From an uncultured virus (IMG/VR IMGVR_UViG_3300037657_000059) (taxonomy: Duplodnaviria; Heunggongvirae; Uroviricota; Caudoviricetes): a stretch of 20,000 bases of DNA. The DNA lies in IMG/VR virus record IMGVR_UViG_3300037657_000059; one strand, 5' to 3'. Below are positions 8,759-17,690 of the stretch, in pieces; position 1 is the stretch's first letter; each line of letters starts with the position of its first letter. Below the pieces are notes generated by a model, which was given only the letters and a program-made list of their open reading frames with translations, was not told the DNA's origin and searched no databases. The position numbers and the translations under genes are program-made.

Positions 8759-9101
8759 TGGTATCCTCAATCACTTCATCAAGCAGCTCGCTGCACATCA
8801 AATTGATCTCCGCGCCAATCTCGCGCACATTGATTACCGATTCGATCTCGAAATACCGTCCGTTATGGCTCACCCGCATTCTGGGGAGAATATCCTTTCC
8901 CGGTTGGTGTCTTAATCGCATCCTGGTATCAACATCCGCCTGTACCTGCCTGGCTTCCAGATATTCACGCCCGCGCAACGGCTCAATGCTCGCCCAGGCA
9001 CGCAGAAAAACAAACCAGGCGATCTTTTCCTCACCATTGGCAGCCCTGCTCACCTGCTTATCCAGCACCGCAATCCGTTTACGCAATTTTCCACTTTGCA
9101 T
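8742..9101 (-). CDS. Head closure/head-tail joining protein (SPP1 gp16-like)
   Basis: MQSGKLRKRI, WASIEPLRGREYLEA, MRV...GRYFEIESVIN. Confidence 0.9.
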   Translation of the reverse strand: MQSGKLRKRIAVLDKQVSRAANGEEKIAWFVFLRAWASIEPLRGREYLEARQVQADVDTRMRLRHQPGKDILPRMRVSHNGRYFEIESVINVREIGAEINLMCSELLDEVIEDTNGESV

Positions 9102-9118
9102 ATCATGCCCTTTGGGTA

Positions 9119-9721
9119 TCAGCTCACCCACTTCAGATCGTCAGCCAGTAAGGACCGTACACCCATCGGCAATATACTGGCATTGCCACCAGGTGCGGTA
9201 TATACCGCCTCGCGATTCTCATAGTAATGGCCAATCATCAACAGCATTGCCTGGCGATAACGCATTGGCATTTCTTCCGATCCTGTGCATCCATCCATGT
9301 TGTAACCGGCAGTTAATGTGATCTGCACGCCATTCACCGGCCACAATTCCACACCAGGCCAGCTCGCATTTTTCGCCAGTACGATTCTTGCAGGTCGTGA
9401 GAAAGTATCCAGCAAATAATCATCTTCATCAATCGGAGTGCTGGTGCCTTCCTCATCCAGATAGCTGATTCCATCCACCATGACCACCGGCCAGATCGGG
9501 AGTTTGATCTCTCGCCCCGGCCAGCGGTCGTAAGTTAGAATCCAGCTCTGTTCTGCCAGGCATAACCCGGTCAGGCGCTCGATCTCCTGGCGTGCCAGCG
9601 TGATAAGATTGCTGATGAGGGTATTCTCGTCATCATGGTCAATCCTTAAATGCAGCTTTGCCTCTGCCAGGTCGATCGGTTCATCTTCCGGATTAACCGG
9701 ATGTAGTATCCTCAGCGCCAT
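9119..9721 (-). CDS. Head-tail connector/adaptor (HK97 gp6-like, long form)
   Basis: EPIDLAEAKLHLRIDHDDENTLI, QAMLLMIGHYYENRE. Confidence 0.92.
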   Translation of the reverse strand: MALRILHPVNPEDEPIDLAEAKLHLRIDHDDENTLISNLITLARQEIERLTGLCLAEQSWILTYDRWPGREIKLPIWPVVMVDGISYLDEEGTSTPIDEDDYLLDTFSRPARIVLAKNASWPGVELWPVNGVQITLTAGYNMDGCTGSEEMPMRYRQAMLLMIGHYYENREAVYTAPGGNASILPMGVRSLLADDLKWVS

Positions 9722-10001
9722 CTTTTACCGCCTTCCCGGTACCTTTCTTCCCACCAGGTTTCTTTTCAGCTGGTTGCTTCACGGCTTTTTCAGGTGTTTC
9801 AATCACAGCCGTCTCAGCTGGTTGCTTCACGGCTTTTTCGGGTGCGACAATCGCAGCCGATTCTGGTGCACTTTTTCCAGCTGGTTTGGCTTTACCCATC
9901 GTCAGCAGGACCAGCGCATCCTGATCACTGGCTTCAATCACTTCCCCGGCTGCCACCATCACGCCATCACACACAGTAGAGCGCAAGATCTCGATTTTCA
10001 T
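9693..10001 (-). CDS. Small head-region protein with low-complexity Lys/Ala/Pro tail
   Basis: MKIEILRSTV...AGEVIE...LLTMGKA domain followed by duplicated PEKAVKQPAE; lies between capsid and connector genes. Confidence 0.7.
   Translation of the reverse strand: MKIEILRSTVCDGVMVAAGEVIEASDQDALVLLTMGKAKPAGKSAPESAAIVAPEKAVKQPAETAVIETPEKAVKQPAEKKPGGKKGTGKAVKDGAEDTTSG
9766..9861. repeat. 48-bp in-frame tandem duplication
   Basis: tcagctggttgcttcacggctttttc at 9766 and 9814. Confidence 0.9.
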
Positions 10002-10005
10002 CAGA

Positions 10006-10452
10006 TTACCCCGCCACAACTTCCACAGGAGAAACCAGACTCACTAATGTAGCATCGCCTGCATCAGCAGGTTTGTATTGCGAGTTATAGCGGATCGCCA
10101 CACAGAAAATCGGAATGCCTGTCTGCACATTCGGGACCACAATCTTGGGTCTCAAGTAACGCTGTTGTGGGTTATGAACCTGCACAGCCACCACACCATC
10201 GGTGTACACATCGGCTTCAAAATCAGTGTCAGAACCATCCAGCTCGATTTCATTGGCAAATGTTGGACCGGCAGCAGCAAAAACCTTGATATTGAATTCC
10301 AGCTCTGCTCCCTTCACACCACCGGCAGCGAATAGTACTGTATTGAAACTGCCATCCAGCATATCTACACCGGAACCGGTCAATGTTTCGTTATCGGCAG
10401 CTCCATCCAACGCCTGAATGCTGATAACCCCATCTCTCAAAAGATCATACAT
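10006..10452 (-). CDS. Putative capsid decoration/cement-like protein
   Basis: 148 aa, beta-rich and acidic, RYLR motif, strong GAGGTG RBS, immediately after the capsid gene; function inferred from position. Confidence 0.5.
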   Translation of the reverse strand: MYDLLRDGVISIQALDGAADNETLTGSGVDMLDGSFNTVLFAAGGVKGAELEFNIKVFAAAGPTFANEIELDGSDTDFEADVYTDGVVAVQVHNPQQRYLRPKIVVPNVQTGIPIFCVAIRYNSQYKPADAGDATLVSLVSPVEVVAG

Positions 10453-10480
10453 CTTTCACCTCTTTTTCCATCCTTTTCAT

Positions 10481-10505
10481 ACGGGCGGGGCTTATCCCCG
10501 CCCAT
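10481..10505 (-). promoter_or_regulatory. GC-rich stem-loop after the capsid gene, without a U-tract
   Basis: GGGCGGGG-ATAAG-CCCCGCCC. Confidence 0.7.
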
Positions 10506-10527
10506 CAACAATCAATTGACTTTCCGA

Positions 10528-11823
10528 TTAAGTTAAAGCATCCAGCATCGCTGCAAAGCTCTCAGCATGCCGAACGGCAACATCAACATCCTGCAATGCA
10601 ACCACGCGCACAGATCCACTGGTGGAATGGGTGTAAGGATCCACAAGGATATCCAGACCGCCCCATTGCCCGATGATCAGATCTGCCCAGTTCCCAAAGA
10701 AGATCGCTGAACAAACTGCGCCCGAGCTGTTCTTAACCAGATCGCTGGCAACCTGATTGGTAACAAAAGCCTTATACCCGTTCAATGGGGTATTGCTGTT
10801 CTCCCAAACCATTCTTTCACCATAGGTCGCGGTGATCAATGTTTTCTTGAGTTTTCCGCGCACTTTTGCATTGGTGATGTAAGCCAACGCACCAACATCA
10901 GCATTATCAATGGCAACCTCACGTTCGAGATCGATAATATCTGCCCAATCCGGAGCTGCGCCATTGGTATCACCAAGGACTGACCCGATTCCAACGGTCG
11001 CGGCAACGCCACGTGGTTGGTTGTTATTGGCGGTCCCGTGCAATCCGGCTTTATCAATTGCCAGAGCAAGGATGGTGCTCAGATCACGCCGTACAAACAT
11101 TTCAACATCCACGGAGGATTGTTTGAGCAGTTTGCGGGTGTAATCGGTAAAAGCACCAACAGTCTTGGGTGCCAAAGTCACCTGGCCAACAGTCTGATAA
11201 CTCTGGGTCGGAGGATTTCCCTCAGCGATCCAGTAAGCAGTTGCTCCGCCTGTTTGCTTTGGAATCTGCACATCACCAACCAGCCCGCCCATAAATTGAG
11301 CACCGGCTTGCTGTAAAACCATGCGATTGCGCAGCATTTCGATGAAGGATTCTGGTCGGAAATCATTACCGATCAAATATCCTGCATAAGTGGCATCTGC
11401 TTTGGTTAATGGATTGGTACGTTTTTCCAGCCAGTCCTGAGGAACAAAAGCTCCACGAGGTTCAATACCCAATTTCTTGGATGTTGCATCACTGGCTTCG
11501 CGTTCCAATTCAGCACCACGCCAATCACCATTGGCCATCGCATTGATCAATTTGCGCAGTGAATATTTTTGTAATTCACTATCGCTCATGCCAATATCGG
11601 CATTCTTTCCGGAATTGGCTGCCAGCTCTGCTTCCAGATTTATCAGCTTTTCACGTTTCTCGATATCCTTACCCAGTGAGTCAATCTGCTCCATGAATGA
11701 TTGATAATCTTTCGATTCCCCTTCATTCATTGCGCGTTTTTGCTCATCGACAATGTCAACCAGGTGTCGAGCTTTTTCCACCAGTTCAGCCCGTTCGGCT
11801 CGTATTTCACGAATTTGTTTCAT
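10528..11823 (-). CDS. Major capsid protein, HK97 family, with N-terminal coiled-coil delta domain
   Basis: AYWIAEG, TLAPKTVGA, IDKAGLHGT..NQPRG, IFFGNWADL, DVAVRHAESF. Confidence 0.97.
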   Translation of the reverse strand: MKQIREIRAERAELVEKARHLVDIVDEQKRAMNEGESKDYQSFMEQIDSLGKDIEKREKLINLEAELAANSGKNADIGMSDSELQKYSLRKLINAMANGDWRGAELEREASDATSKKLGIEPRGAFVPQDWLEKRTNPLTKADATYAGYLIGNDFRPESFIEMLRNRMVLQQAGAQFMGGLVGDVQIPKQTGGATAYWIAEGNPPTQSYQTVGQVTLAPKTVGAFTDYTRKLLKQSSVDVEMFVRRDLSTILALAIDKAGLHGTANNNQPRGVAATVGIGSVLGDTNGAAPDWADIIDLEREVAIDNADVGALAYITNAKVRGKLKKTLITATYGERMVWENSNTPLNGYKAFVTNQVASDLVKNSSGAVCSAIFFGNWADLIIGQWGGLDILVDPYTHSTSGSVRVVALQDVDVAVRHAESFAAMLDALT

Positions 11824-11846
11824 TTTCTTTTCCTCTTTCTATTTGG

Positions 11847-12506
11847 TTAGTTTTTAGTTAGTTCTTTTAACAAATCCAGGCGTTTCTTTTCCAGATCCAG
11901 TTTGCGAGATCGCTCCTGCGATTCTCCCTCCGTCTCCGATTCCTGCCCGCTATCAACTTCCTCCTGGCCTGAAGATAGCTCTGCCTGGTGAGCATTCAAT
12001 AAATCCCTGGCGTGCACCACTGTTTGTGGGTACGCTGGATAAGTAACAATCGAAACATCATACAATTCAACTTCAATCAGTTCCCGGATCACTTCATCAT
12101 TTTCTTTGTGCCAATCATCGCTGATGGTCCGGAAACCAAAACTCATCTGATCGATATCTCCACGCTTAATACTTTCAACCAGATCCTTCGCCCATTGTGC
12201 GTTTGGAGGAGTGGTATCAATAATCAAGCCGTGTTCATCCTCAGCCAGTTTCAATGTCCCGGAAACATTTCGCCCCAGCACATAATTGGCATCATGGTTA
12301 AAAAGTGCGCGCACATCATCCACCCGAATCGTATTGGCAAATGCACCGGGACGAATACGCTCACGGAATCCACCCAGATCATGACTGAGCTGGTTGAATA
12401 CCGCTGAATATCCATAAATCTTGGGTCCCGATTCCGGATCACCCTCCGAATCAGCCATCACCCGAATTTCTTTTAAAGTAAACGCCCTTCTCTCCAATTC
12501 CATCAT
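11847..12506 (-). CDS. HK97-family prohead protease
   Basis: GYSAVFN, FRERIRPGAF, ALFNHD, MSFGF, LYDVSIVTYPAYPQT. Confidence 0.97.
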   Translation of the reverse strand: MMELERRAFTLKEIRVMADSEGDPESGPKIYGYSAVFNQLSHDLGGFRERIRPGAFANTIRVDDVRALFNHDANYVLGRNVSGTLKLAEDEHGLIIDTTPPNAQWAKDLVESIKRGDIDQMSFGFRTISDDWHKENDEVIRELIEVELYDVSIVTYPAYPQTVVHARDLLNAHQAELSSGQEEVDSGQESETEGESQERSRKLDLEKKRLDLLKELTKN

Positions 12507-12519
12507 CTTTTTCCTTTCT

Positions 12520-12572
12520 TTGCGCCTTATCACCCACTCGGGGGTTGCGCCTTTTTCTTTGCGTCTTTGCGT
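12520..12572 (-). repeat. Hairpin element between 8-bp direct repeats, next to octamer repeats (copy 2)
   Basis: Minus strand AGGCGCAA-CCCCCGAGTGGGTGATA-AGGCGCAA; plus-strand ctttgcgt x2 at 12557-12572. Confidence 0.8.
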
Positions 12573-12573
12573 C

Positions 12574-14625
12574 CTAGCCTGCTGAAATCAAACAATCACA
12601 GCCACTATGCGCCGGTGGATGCCTCACATTCTGATAAACTTTCAACTCATCCGCACCTTCCGGTCGCAGAACATCCCCGACCTGTAAAAACCATTCCTGC
12701 ATGCCAACCTTGCGGCCATCCAATGATTTGCAATACGGGCAGCTTTCCCCGTAAGAATTCCAATACAGCGCGGCTACACCGGCAGCAGCATACACAAACA
12801 CGGAAACAGCACCATTCAAACGCACCGATTCCTCCTGGCCAAATGTCCCGGCCAACCTGTCCCAACCGCTCAGGTCGTTTTCCAATGTCTCATAAGTATC
12901 TGCTCCGGAGGAGAGCGCTTTCGCCAATAAATTATTCACACGGGTTTTCTGATCAAAAGCATGCCGATCAGCCAATGCTTCCAGATAGCGTTTCACAAAT
13001 CGGCGTACCTGTTCAATATCCAGATCACCCAGCAGCACTTCATCAGCTGCCTCTGCAGCCACCAGCTCCGCATAAGCGGTCATGGTCCCGCGCAAAGCAC
13101 CCTGAATAAAATCTTTGTGCTCTTCGTAATATTCATCCAGCCAGATCTGCAATTCCTGCAGACTGCGTTTCCCCAGGATCTTCTTGGCAGTGGTAAGGAT
13201 GTCACGCGCTTCCCGCTTCACGATTCGCTCAGCCACTTCACTGATCACCGGTCGTTGACTCAACATCAAGCGCCGCCTGGTCCCGGCTGAGCGTGCCCGT
13301 TTTTCTCCAGGAGAATTGTTTTCTCTTTCAATCGGAGGAGCACTCAGAAATTGAATATCATCCACATTAAAGCGTTTTTCCAGATCCTTCATGCTGATAT
13401 TGCTGCGAAAATCTTCCGCTTTATCCGCTGGAATCATATTCAGCGGTACATAATGGGTATCACCGCCATCAATCGGGTTCAGGTTCTCTTTCTCCCGGAT
13501 TTCATTCCACGTAAGCCATCCATCCTGCCAGGCCTGATGATATGCCTGATATCGGCTTTGGGTATCACCACGCAGCATTGCATCCACGTTGAATTCGGCA
13601 AAATGTGTCTTTTTTTCCGTTTCTGTAAATAAACAGCGCAATAATTCCTGCTCCCAGCGAACCAGCCACGGTCGCAGGGTATAAATCACAAATTCAAGAC
13701 TCATCTGCTCGATATTTGAGAAGGTAGCCCGTTCCAGATCAGCCAGGCGATGCGGAGGAATTAAGAAGATCCTCGCAATCTCACTCACCTGAAACTTTCT
13801 GGTCTGTAAGAACTGTGCATCTTCCGGAGGGATCCCGATCTGGTTATATTTCATGCCCTCTTCCAGAATCGCCACCCGGTGTGAATTATCCAGCCCCTGG
13901 TGCATCTCGTTCCAGCTGGATTTCAAGCGGGTATGTGCATCATCACTCAAAGAACCGGGATGTTCGAGCACACCGCCAGCCTTGGCACCATTTCCAAAAA
14001 AGCGCGAACCAAATTCCTCGGTAGCAGCTGCCAACCCAAGTGCATTTCGTGCCTCACGGATCGGAGAATAACCGAGCATGCCATCCGAGCTCAATCCGCG
14101 GATGTGTAAAACACGTTCAGCGGGTAAACCAACCCGTCCGCCGCCCTGGCTCTCCGGAAGTGTGGTCACATAGTAGAGTTTTCCATCCACCCAGCGCATT
14201 TCTGTCTGATCCGGTCGCAATGGCCAGAGTGCCTTGATTCTGCCAGCATTATCACTTTCAATCTCTGAGAAACAATTTCCCCAGGTGCAGCAATGCCCCA
14301 TCATGGTTTCACGCCACATAAAACTGGTCATCAATGGATTCGCCTGGTCATGCAGAACCCGGTACAGAGGATGATTGACGTCACGTTCCTTCCCGCGTGA
14401 GAGACGTTTATAAATTGGCAGTGGTAAACTGGCCAGTCCTTCTGAAAGGATCCGAACGGATGCCCAAACAGCAGTCAATTGGATCGATCGCTGCGGAGAT
14501 ACACTTAACCCGCTGGGTGTTTCCCAATTATTCATCCCGCGCATCTTCGTGATCAATCCCCAACCGGAATTCTCGTCCAGTGACCTTCTTTCGAATAAGC
14601 TCCGTAAAATACCGACTTCGCTCAT
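12574..14625 (-). CDS. HK97-family portal fused to a C-terminal Mu gpF/SPP1 gp7-like minor head domain
   Basis: Portal motifs VLHIRG..DGMLGYSPI, AQFLQTRKFQVSEIARIF, NEIREKENL in the first ~400 aa; C-terminal CPYCKSLDG...PPAHSGCDC. Confidence 0.93.
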   Translation of the reverse strand: MSEVGILRSLFERRSLDENSGWGLITKMRGMNNWETPSGLSVSPQRSIQLTAVWASVRILSEGLASLPLPIYKRLSRGKERDVNHPLYRVLHDQANPLMTSFMWRETMMGHCCTWGNCFSEIESDNAGRIKALWPLRPDQTEMRWVDGKLYYVTTLPESQGGGRVGLPAERVLHIRGLSSDGMLGYSPIREARNALGLAAATEEFGSRFFGNGAKAGGVLEHPGSLSDDAHTRLKSSWNEMHQGLDNSHRVAILEEGMKYNQIGIPPEDAQFLQTRKFQVSEIARIFLIPPHRLADLERATFSNIEQMSLEFVIYTLRPWLVRWEQELLRCLFTETEKKTHFAEFNVDAMLRGDTQSRYQAYHQAWQDGWLTWNEIREKENLNPIDGGDTHYVPLNMIPADKAEDFRSNISMKDLEKRFNVDDIQFLSAPPIERENNSPGEKRARSAGTRRRLMLSQRPVISEVAERIVKREARDILTTAKKILGKRSLQELQIWLDEYYEEHKDFIQGALRGTMTAYAELVAAEAADEVLLGDLDIEQVRRFVKRYLEALADRHAFDQKTRVNNLLAKALSSGADTYETLENDLSGWDRLAGTFGQEESVRLNGAVSVFVYAAAGVAALYWNSYGESCPYCKSLDGRKVGMQEWFLQVGDVLRPEGADELKVYQNVRHPPAHSGCDCLISAG

Positions 14626-14780
14626 ATTTTTCTACCTCCAAACAACAGCCCGGCGAGACTCACCAGCACAAGCACGATTCCAGCCGAAATCAAAGCGGCA
14701 GGAATGCTCAACATTCCGATGCCGGAAATCAAACATCCAAAACCAATCAGGAAAATGACATCATTGCGATCAATTTTCAT
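14622..14780 (-). CDS. Small two-TM membrane protein (52 aa) between terL and portal
   Basis: Manual translation MKIDRNDVIFLIGFGCLISGIGMLSIPAALISAGIVLVLVSLAGLLFGGRKI; ATGA overlaps at both ends. Confidence 0.85.
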   Translation of the reverse strand: MKIDRNDVIFLIGFGCLISGIGMLSIPAALISAGIVLVLVSLAGLLFGGRKI

Positions 14781-16414
14781 AATGTCCTGATCCCCCGTTC
14801 GTTATAAACAGATCCGGAACTGGAATAATTCAACGCCCGGCTCATCGCATTCGCCAATGCCACAATCGGGTCGATCCGTTTGGTTCGCACAACGGACTTT
14901 CCCTTGTGTTCTTTCACAAATTTCATGTTTCCATTACCGTTTTTCGCAATGGATGCATTCCCAAACGCCCAACGCGCAACCTGGTCATTTAAATGACTGA
15001 TTTTGCCATCCCGGAAGAGCTTTTCCATCGCATCAATCGGGGTGGTCATATTTAGAAATGTTTGTGGAATATCAACAATCTCAAATCCATGTTTTGACAG
15101 TCTTTGCATCAACATGGCTGCAAAATGCATATCCGGATCGATCTCTTTTATTTTGTAAATTTTCGATAATTCCAAAATCTTGTCCTCTACCACCGTATAA
15201 TCGACCGTGTTCCCTTCGGTCACAGTGATCCAGCCTTCCTTCTCCCACTTGTCATAAGGCACTTTGTCCCGCTCGATCCGTTCGGCCATGCTTTCCCTGG
15301 GAATATAGTTCCGCCAGATAATTCGCCAATCTGCAATGCCTGCCTGGGGAGGAAACAAAAACGATAAAGAAGTAAGATCGGTTGTGGAAGAGAGATCGAC
15401 CCCCAGGAAACAATCCATTCCCACCATATCCATCTCATTCCATTGGCCAATGGTCTTATCAAAAAGATCAATCGGCAACCAGGTCGTCAATTTGGTCGTG
15501 ATCCACTGATTCAGTCTCAGCCAGCGGAATAATCGCTCATCTGCGGGCTTAATCATTGCTTTTGCAGCCGCTTCCCGAACTGATTCGATCTGGATTGTCA
15601 CCCCAAGGGATGGATTAGCCTTAAACCAATTTTTTTCTTCATAAATATCTTTTTCTCCATCGTAGGAGAAAATCACAGGATACCAGGTAGGATCAATCCG
15701 ATCTCCGGATAATAACTGCATGGCATAATCATGCTGCTCCCAACCAATCGAAACACGATCCGGATCATCACCGGCAGTGGTAATCACCCACCAGATCGGT
15801 TGCGCGCGCGCATCACCAGCCCCAAAAGTCATCACGTCCCACAATTCGCGATTCGGCTGGGCGTGTAATTCATCAAAAATAACGGCAGAAACATTCAAAC
15901 CATGTTTGGTATATGCCTCAGCTGAAAGTACCTTATAAAATGAACCGGTAACCTTATCGAAAATCTGTTTTTTACTGGCTACAATTTTGGAACGTTTTTG
16001 CAAAGCTGGCAGCTGGTCGATCATATCCACCGCTACATCAAAAACAAGAGATGCCTGCTCCCGATCAGCCGCGCATCCGTACACCTCGCCATTTTTCTCA
16101 CCATCTGCAAACAAATGATAAAGAGCAGCACCGGCTGCCATTTCGCTTTTTCCGTTCTTCTTAGGCACTTCCAGATAAACATACTTAAATTGACGGTTAC
16201 CGTCCGCTTTCACCGTCCCATACACATCCTGGACAATACTTTTTTGCCAGGATAACAGTTCAAAAGGCTTTCCGGAAAATTTGCCTTTGGTGTGTTTGAG
16301 GTGCTCAAAAAACCAGACAGCACGGTCAGCGCGTTTTTGGTCAAACATTGCCGCAGCTCCTGCCAGGTTGATCACCAAAACGAAAATCAAAATGGAAAAA
16401 ATAAATCTTTTCAT
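14777..16414 (-). CDS. terL: Terminase large subunit (Terminase_1 type); alternative start at 16348
   Basis: Walker A VPKKNGKS, Walker B VIFDELH, ITTAG, nuclease motifs GVDLS and RIDPIVA. Confidence 0.97.
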   Translation of the reverse strand: MKRFIFSILIFVLVINLAGAAAMFDQKRADRAVWFFEHLKHTKGKFSGKPFELLSWQKSIVQDVYGTVKADGNRQFKYVYLEVPKKNGKSEMAAGAALYHLFADGEKNGEVYGCAADREQASLVFDVAVDMIDQLPALQKRSKIVASKKQIFDKVTGSFYKVLSAEAYTKHGLNVSAVIFDELHAQPNRELWDVMTFGAGDARAQPIWWVITTAGDDPDRVSIGWEQHDYAMQLLSGDRIDPTWYPVIFSYDGEKDIYEEKNWFKANPSLGVTIQIESVREAAAKAMIKPADERLFRWLRLNQWITTKLTTWLPIDLFDKTIGQWNEMDMVGMDCFLGVDLSSTTDLTSLSFLFPPQAGIADWRIIWRNYIPRESMAERIERDKVPYDKWEKEGWITVTEGNTVDYTVVEDKILELSKIYKIKEIDPDMHFAAMLMQRLSKHGFEIVDIPQTFLNMTTPIDAMEKLFRDGKISHLNDQVARWAFGNASIAKNGNGNMKFVKEHKGKSVVRTKRIDPIVALANAMSRALNYSSSGSVYNERGIRTL

Positions 16415-17022
16415 TTTTTATCATGCCCACCGGGTACATCTTTTCCATCGTTTACATAATCTGTGACCTGATCGAAGAATTCACCCCACGGATCAGTCTT
16501 TTTATCTTCCGGCTCTTTTTGTTTTGGAGCGACTCCAGCTCGTGATCGCGGCGTGAGATACAAATGCTGTCGCATCTTGAACATAAGATCTCGTTTGCGG
16601 TCCACTCTGCCATCCAGCTTTATAATCTGATCCATCGAGCCTTGAATCTTTTCCACCATCATCACGGCTTCAACAACATTTCCCTCATCAATAAACTTGC
16701 TGTGCGCTTCAATCAGCAGCTGGTATATCCTGCGTGTGTTGGAGCGCATATCATCCAGCTCACTTACCTGCTCAGCCAGCACACAATAATCAACCAGCAG
16801 GTCAAGATCAAAGCGGGTCACAATCTCGCCCTCTGTGGAGCGATACTCGCGCATGACTCTGCGCCAGGTTTCCGCTGCAGTCTTCATCTCCCGGATCGCA
16901 GCTGGGGCATTGGTCGGCAATTGTCGCGCTGGTCTTAGCATAGACTCAGATTCCTCGCGTGCCTGGCTCTCGGCCGCCGTATTATGTCTCACAATCAGGG
17001 CTTTTGGTTTCCTAGCGGGCAT
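16411..17022 (-). CDS. terS: Terminase small subunit (P27-like)
   Basis: MPARKP start with GGAG RBS, LTPRSRA motif, between HNH and terL. Confidence 0.85.
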   Translation of the reverse strand: MPARKPKALIVRHNTAAESQAREESESMLRPARQLPTNAPAAIREMKTAAETWRRVMREYRSTEGEIVTRFDLDLLVDYCVLAEQVSELDDMRSNTRRIYQLLIEAHSKFIDEGNVVEAVMMVEKIQGSMDQIIKLDGRVDRKRDLMFKMRQHLYLTPRSRAGVAPKQKEPEDKKTDPWGEFFDQVTDYVNDGKDVPGGHDKK

Positions 17023-17494
17023 TATCGGGATTCTCCACATTGGGAAATTTTTTCGTACAGCACTTCCGCTGCGGTCTCGTGTGCGAACCTGGTAGAGATT
17101 TCGACCCCCCTATCCCCCCGGCCGTGGATGACCTACCGAATCCTGAATCAATAGCCGCGGTCTTTCGACTGTGACAACTCTTGCACAATGGCTGCAGATT
17201 ATCCATCCGGTTGGTACCACCCTCGCTCAGTGGGACTATGTGGTCCACCTCCGTGGCTACAACTACCTCCCCAATCTCAGCGTGCACCCCCCATATATCA
17301 GAACATAGGGGTACTCTTGACAGCACCAACCCCCTCAGCTTACGCCAATTGGAACCATACCCCCTACTTGCAGCACTACCCCGCCTCAGATCATACCCCC
17401 TACTCTCAGACTTATGGGTACCACAATATGCCCCATCGCTTACCAGCTCGGGGCATCCAGGGTACTTGCAGGGTTTCTTTGGTTTATTCGGCAT
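17012..17494 (-). CDS. HNH endonuclease (HK97 gp74-like packaging cofactor)
   Basis: PCKYPGC, YCGTH, RGYGSNW, VDHIVPL..GG....NLQPLCKSCHSRKT. Confidence 0.95.
   Translation of the reverse strand: MPNKPKKPCKYPGCPELVSDGAYCGTHKSESRGYDLRRGSAASRGYGSNWRKLRGLVLSRVPLCSDIWGVHAEIGEVVVATEVDHIVPLSEGGTNRMDNLQPLCKSCHSRKTAAIDSGFGRSSTAGGIGGSKSLPGSHTRPQRKCCTKKFPNVENPDNAR
17045..17120 (-). other. Candidate cos/packaging region
   Basis: GGGGGGATAGGGGGGTCGAAATCTCT...AGACCGCAGCGGAAG just upstream of terS, the usual cos position in HNH-terS phages; exact cut site not determinable. Confidence 0.45.
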
Positions 17495-17690
17495 ACTCAT
17501 CCTGTGGATATTTATCCTGTTGATACTTATCCTGTGGAACTTCCAAATCTTTCATTTCTTTTTCCAGTTCAGTGATCCGATCCCGGTAGTACTGCAATCC
17601 TCGATCATTCAGTTCATGATCATCTTCGAGGATTGCCAGCATTAACCTGGCATAATCCAGCTCGATCTCCAGATCCAGCTTATTCGGCAT
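17484..17690 (-). CDS. Small acidic hypothetical protein (68 aa)
   Basis: MPNKLDLEIELD...; AGGA RBS; fills the gap before HNH. Confidence 0.7.
   Translation of the reverse strand: MPNKLDLEIELDYARLMLAILEDDHELNDRGLQYYRDRITELEKEMKDLEVPQDKYQQDKYPQDEYAE

Noticed and set aside
11824..11856. Possible -1 frameshift fusing protease to capsid (ends ACT AAA AAC TAA, like the chaperone gene)
   Set aside because: T AAA AAC is not a full slippery heptamer, and the capsid frame has a TAG before the capsid ATG
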